A stretch of 64,000 bases of DNA from contig JBNRSN020000008.1 in assembly GCA_051313645.2 (NCBI GenBank), forward strand, positions 66,650,001 through 66,714,000. Direction: 5' to 3'. The notes under the pieces were generated by a model. It had not been told where the DNA came from. It worked only from the letters and a program-made list of their open reading frames with translations, and searched no databases. Shown piece by piece: positions 58,701-64,000 of this stretch. How positions within the stretch are numbered: position 1 is the stretch's first letter; every line of letters begins with the position of its first letter. This DNA comes from Centroscyllium fabricii. Lineage: Eukaryota. The position numbers and the translations under genes are program-made.

Positions 58701-60461
58701 TGAGAACAGGACTCGCACTCTAGGAAGGAAATTGAGGCTTTAGAGAGGGCACAATGCAGATTCACTAGGATGCTTGCTGATATGAGGAAATACAAATACA
58801 AAGAAAGACGATACGATAAAAGTGTTTAAAATTATGAAAGGATGGGACAGGGTAGATAGAAGCAGACAGTTCCCAGTAGTTGAAGAGTCAAGAATGAGGG
58901 GCCATAGGTACATGATTAAATGAAAGAGATTTAGAATCGGGGGCAGCAGTAACGCCTTTACACAGAGTTGGAGTCTATAGAATTCATTTCCAAGATTAGT
59001 GGTTGAGGCAGCAACTATGTCAACAGTCAAGATTAGATTGGATTGGTGGACAAAGGAGAAGGGGTTGGAGGAATATGGGAACAAGGTAGGTAAATGTGAT
59101 CAGAACTATTTGCTCGTATGGAGGGTAAACACCACAAACTGGTTGTGCCATAGAAGATAGGAGCAGGAGTAGGCCATTCGGCCCTTCGAGCCTGCTCCGC
59201 CATTCAATGAGATCATGGCTGATCATCCAAACGCCGCCCCTGCCCACTCCCCATATCCCTATCGAGCCTATACCGACACATATCCCACCCCATCCCCATA
59301 ACCCCACATATTCAATCCCCCTAACACTAAGGGTCAATTTATCCTGGCCAATCAACCTAACCCGCACATCTTTGGACTGTGGGAGGAAACCGGAGCACCG
59401 GAGTGCCGAATAATCTGTTTCTGTGTTGTAACTTCTATGTATTTTAATGTATTTCTAGCATAATATTAAAACAGTTTATATTGAGTTTAAAAGTTCCAGA
59501 TTGCCTAAAAGACTGCCTCGGCACTTTCATCACTCCAGACTGGAATTATGCTATGGCCAGTGCAAAGCCTAAGAGGTGTTACACTACCTTCAAGTTGGCA
59601 GGGAGACTCTCTCACTTCAAAGCTTCAGTGTGCTTGGGAGTCAGATTGGCACCTGACCCCTGAGTAACCCTGCTGGGCATGTGTCAATGTGCATCTGGAA
59701 TCACATCACTTTAAAATGATTGCTTACAAGTAACAGCCTAAAAATACTTCTGAAAGGCTAATGTTGTGCTGAGTGAAATTGCCTGTATTTTGGGTTTCCT
59801 GAAGTTGGTTTCTACAAATCCCTTCTACAATACATTGCAAAATATTGTATTACTATTCAATCATCACAACTTCATAATATTTAAGGAAATGACTCTTTGT
59901 GAAGAGACAGGTTAGGAGGTGATTAAAGTGTCAGATTATGCATACTAAGCTTTACTAAGTTTAAACATGTGTACTTTATATTGGAAAGCAGAGAAGTAGA
60001 ATTTGTTGGGCGTGTAAGAGTTTTTCTTCAGTACAGATTGAGGAGCTGGGGAATGCAAAACTGAAGTGCTACAGCACCACAATTGGCAGGAGGATGCAGT
60101 TAAAAAAAGAAAGAGCTTGCATTTATATAGCGCCTTTCAATACCTCCGAATATCCCAACGTGCTTTACAGCCAATGAAGTACATTTGAAGTGTAGTCACT
60201 TGTAATGAAGGAAATGCTGCAGCCAATTTGCACACAACGAGGTCCCACAAACAGCAATGTGATAATGACCAGATAATCTGTTTTATTGGTATTGAGGGAT
60301 AAATATTGGTTAGGACAGTGGGGAGAACTACCCTGCTCTTCTTCAAACTAGTGCCATGGTATCTTTTAAGTCATGATGTGGAGGTGCCGGTGTTGTACTG
60401 GGGTGGACAAATACAAGAAGTCACACAACACCAGGTTATAGTCCAGCAGTTTTATTTGAAA

Positions 60462-60536
60462 TCACAAGCTTTCGGAGCGCTGCTCCTTCCTCAGGTGGAA
60501 AAACCTGAGGAAGGAGCAGCGTTCCGAAAGCTTGTG
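60462..60536. ncRNA. Two back-to-back hammerhead motifs in a Penelope fold-back (element about 60375-60842, interrupted by an inverted V-SINE at 60573-60820)
   Basis: - strand: CAC-CUGAGGA-A-GGAGC(AGC)GCUCC-GAAA-GC-UU-GUG; + strand: AC-CUGAGGA-A-GGAGC(AGC)GUUCC-GAAA-GC-UU-GU. Confidence 0.6.
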
Positions 60537-61380
60537 ATTTCAAATAAAACTGTTGGACTATAACCTGGTGTTAGAAACATAGAAGATAGGAGCAGGAGTA
60601 GGCCATTCGGCCCTACGAGCCTGCCCCGCCATTCAACGAGATCATGGCTGATCATCCAAACCCAGTACCCTGTCCCTGCCTTGTCCCCATATCCCTTGAT
60701 CCCTATCGAGCCTGCACTGACATATCCCACCCTATCCCCGTAACCCCACATATTCAATCCCCCTAACACTAAGGGTCAATTTATCATGGCCAATCAACCT
60801 AACCCGCACATCTTTGGACTTGTTGAGTGACTTCTTGCATTTATCATTTAAGTCCACATCAGAGGTCAGATGGGACCATGGTTTAACGTCTCATCCAATA
60901 GATGAAACAAGTTTACACAGGCAGTTTTTATTATAAATGTGGACATAGGGAATTATAATGGACAAAAGTTAACAAAAAAGTGTGACAACAGAAAGCCAAC
61001 TGATGCAGACAAGAAGTGCATGCAGATGTACAATGTTTAATGTAATTCTTGTTCTTGCTGATGTTTTGCTGTCTTATTTCTTATTTGCAGTGAACTATTA
61101 TTAAATATTTCCAATTAATGTTGAAGATTTAAGGATTTAGGAGGACTGCTTCTGTTGGTCAGCTTAATACAAGCCAGAGCTGTGTTACTGTAAACTGTTA
61201 CAATAAACAGTGTAAGTTAATTTCAAAACAGTAGTCAATTTATCCCATGATAATAAGCTGAAGTACAGATGTTGCCTTTGGGAAGATGTTTATCAGTCAA
61301 GTTCCAGACCCAGCTGTGTCTCAAATAGTACAGGCATTTCTTAATTGAGGAACAATGAAGTATATTAAATAGCTATTGCA

Positions 61381-61443
61381 TCAATCAAACTGTTTCTTTT
61401 CAAGGCCAAGAAACTCCAGTGCATTTTTGGCGAGGAGCTTATC
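61381..61443 (-). CDS. ACMSD: ACMSD last coding exon
   Basis: cttgttttacag|DKLLAKNALEFLGLEKKQFD-stop, matching the ACMSD C-terminus (human ...NALAFLGLERKQFE) and the expected ACMSD-CCNT2 synteny; not in the ORF track. Confidence 0.9.
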   Translation of the reverse strand, partial: DKLLAKNALEFLGLEKKQFD

Positions 61444-61940
61444 CTGTAAAACAAGTGAAACCATTTTATGAAATATCTGAAAGAATTCCAGCATTGACAA
61501 TATGTAGACAGGATATTGTTCCTTGGCTTTAAAATAAGGTAACAATTTTATAATCATACTCGACAGTGGTAATCACGGAGAAAAATAAAAGCAATTCCTT
61601 CTATTTCCCTCTCTCTATTTGTCTTTTACATACTTTCTCTGTACAGTACCTCCCTGCTTGTCTACAGCTCTTTTCCTCACACTTTCTGTCATGCTTTTTC
61701 TGTAAGCTTGTCTTTTCCTTCGCCTCCTCTCACTTCTGTAAGTTTATTTCCTTTATTTATTTATTTAATTTGTACCTTATTTTAAAAAAAGTTAGGTGGC
61801 GAAATGAGAACCAAAATATACAGAAATGGAACAGATTGGTGCAGGGCCGAAGGGGCTGAAGCAGAAAGGAGGCAAAGGGAAGAATCTAGTTGGAGGTGAG
61901 GAAAGCCTGGGGTTGGTCAGGAAGAGGCTATTTGTGAGGC

Positions 61941-62184
61941 TGTGGCGGCACGCCCACTGGGACACCGAATCCGCCACGGGAACTCCGCGGAGCAGAGCCC
62001 CGCTCATCCGGGTGACGCGACGACGTCACCACGTCTGCCGACGCGATGACGTCGCCAACCGCGGGACTGTTTAAATATGCTTGTTGCGAGTGGTTCACTC
62101 TTTCTTGTTTAGCTCTAGTGTATTAAAGTTGTGTTTTCTCTAGCTCTGGCTCACGTGTGGTTCCTAGGCCTGGCAGGTGCTACA
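61941..62184 (+). mobile_element. 5' LTR of Ty3/Gypsy element
   Basis: Starts TGTGGC, ends GCTACA; contains TTTAAATA and ATTAAA (62122-62127); followed after 1 nt by a PBS. The left boundary is inferred from the TG start and the jump in CpG content. Confidence 0.7.
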
Positions 62185-62185
62185 G

Positions 62186-62195
62186 TGGTGACCCC
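62186..62195 (+). other. Primer-binding site, tRNA-Trp type
   Basis: TGGTGACCCC, complementary to the 3'-terminal 10 nt of tRNA-Trp. Confidence 0.75.
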
Positions 62196-62275
62196 AAATT
62201 GGAACGACTTCCAAAGAAGAAAAGCTGCCGCAGGATCTGGGACCACCAGCCAAAGAACATTTTAAAACAGAAAAC

Positions 62276-64000
62276 ATGGCAAGACCAAGGAACCAAGCTC
62301 CACGAACGCAAGGACTTGGCCAGAACTTCGGACGTGGACTAACTCTACCCGAGTTCTGGGAGCAACGGCCAGCGGCCTGGTTTATGTGCATCGAGACCAG
62401 CTGCCGCACACATGGCATCCAGGGGGACGACCGCTACGACCTGGTGTTCTCAGCCCTACCGCAATCGACGATCGATCGGATGTGGTCAAAAATACAGCGT
62501 GTGCCCACTACAGGCAGGTACGAATCCCTTAAGGCCGCGCTTATAATTTTTTTTACCCCCTCTCAATTTGAGCGCGACTGCCAGCTTCTTGACCTCCCCG
62601 AACTCGGGGATGCAGACCCATCGGACCTCTTAGGTCAGATGCAAGCGCTCACACCCAATCCGGCCTCCCTGTTCCACACCGTCTTCCTCCTTAAACTACC
62701 CCGCTCCATCAGACCGGCCTTGGCGGCCCTTGGCCAACGGAGCGATGACGAGCTCGCGGAGGAAGCCGACAGGCTCATGGAGGCGCAGCGCACCCGCTCA
62801 ACCACGTGCGACCCTAACTCCGCATCGGTAGAGCGCAGTCAATCACCCCCCAGGCCCACCTTCACGCCTGAACCTAGGGCCCCGCGCCCACCTAAGCAAC
62901 CGCGTCCCTCTAGCACCGGCTGGTGCTACTACCACACGTGGTTCGATAACAAAGCGCACCGCTGCGTCCAGCCATGCGCGTTCAAGCCACGGCCCAACTC
63001 AGCCCTCACCATGTCTGTAGGCCACACAGGAGCACTGCTCTTTGTTACAGACAGAGGCACAGGCCTTAGGTTCCTCTGCGACACAGGCGCGCAGCACAGC
63101 ATCGTGCCAGCCTCCCCTGCAGAAACCAAACAAGGCACCCGGGGCCCGCCACTAGTGGCGGCCAACGGCTCCAGTATCAAAACGTACGGCACCCGCAAGC
63201 TTACTATTACACTTGCAAGCCACACGTACACCTGGGATTTCGTCACAGCCCAGGTCACCTCACCCCTCCTCGGGGCAGATTTCCTCTGCGCCTACGGCCT
63301 ACTGGTCGATGTGACCCGGCGCCGCTTGGTCAACATAAATAATATGACGACCATCCCATGCTCCACGGGGCCCGCACTCCTGGCCCACGCGGCAGCCCAA
63401 TGCCGCTCACGGAACTCCGATGCCTACGGCACACTACTCGCAGAGTTCCCCGCCCTAACCAACCCCACGTTCACCGCCCGCCGGGCCAAACACGGGGTAG
63501 AACTTTATTACGACCACAGGCCCGCCCGTCCATGCCCACGCCCGCAGGCTCGACCCGGCCAAACAGGAGATCGCGCGCACCGAGTTCCGCACCATGGAGC
63601 AGCTCGGCATTATCCGCCGCTCCAACAGCCCCTGGGCCTTTCCGCTCCACATAGCCCCCAAACCAGACGGGGGTTGGCGCACCTGCGGCGACTACCGCCG
63701 CCTTAACAACGCCACTACCCCGGATAGGTACCCCGTACCCCACATCCAGGATTTTTCCGCCAGATTAGCGGGCTGCACGATCTTTTCTAAGATCGACCTG
63801 GTGCGTGGCTACCACCAGGTTCCGGTGCACCCGGCGGACATTCCTAAAACGGCCGTCATCACCCCCTTCGGGCTCTTCGAGTTCCTCAGGATGCCCTTCG
63901 GCCTTAAAAACGCGGCCCAGGCCTTCCAGCGCCTCATGGACTCGGTCCTGCGGGACCTGAAGTTCATTTTCGTCTATCTAGACGACATCCTTGTGGCCAG
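62276..64000 (+). mobile_element. Ty3/Gypsy (CsRn1-type) gag-pro-RT, frameshifted near 63503, truncated by window edge
   Basis: Gag LPEFWEQRPAAWF and C-x2-H-x9-C-x3-C knuckle (CYYHTWFDNKAHRCVQPC); protease FLCDTGA; in the +1 frame from 63504, RT motifs [42 protein letters not shown]. Confidence 0.93.

Noticed and set aside
63504-63706. C-terminal 60+ residues of the 476-aa ORF as real protein
   Set aside because: Out-of-frame translation after the frame break; the RT motifs are in the +1 frame.
61941-64000. Endogenous retrovirus or domesticated gag gene
   Set aside because: RT motifs ([20 protein letters not shown]) and the Gag knuckle are Ty3/Gypsy type; LTR and PBS are present, so it is not a domesticated gene; env cannot be assessed inside the window.

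Overview
Vertebrate genomic DNA, almost certainly an elasmobranch (shark/ray), judged from HE1-type V-SINEs, a SacSINE1/Deu-type SINE and CR1/L2/Penelope repeats. It holds the conserved block MAP3K19 (+ strand, last four coding exons) >< CCNT2 (- strand, complete, 9 coding exons, 733 aa, with a U12-type first intron and the T2a/T2b alternative intron) < ACMSD (- strand, last coding exon only). Introns and intergenic DNA are packed with nested mobile elements. These include eight copies of a TA-flanked Tigger/pogo-like MITE loaded with GCGCATGCGC (NRF1-type) motifs, Harbinger-like and hAT non-autonomous elements, CR1/L2 fragments, two Penelope-like families whose termini carry minimal hammerhead-ribozyme cores and form fold-back hairpins, and a young CsRn1-type Ty3/Gypsy element at the right edge. 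The most unusual signal is a Penelope-derived hairpin carried inside a MITE (43331-43492). About half of its A residues are changed to G, only within the paired region, and every T>C change lies opposite an A>G change. This suggests a genomic fossil of ADAR hyper-editing or hairpin-templated mutagenesis. All counts and alignments were done by eye; repeat family names are by recognition and were not confirmed by a database search.
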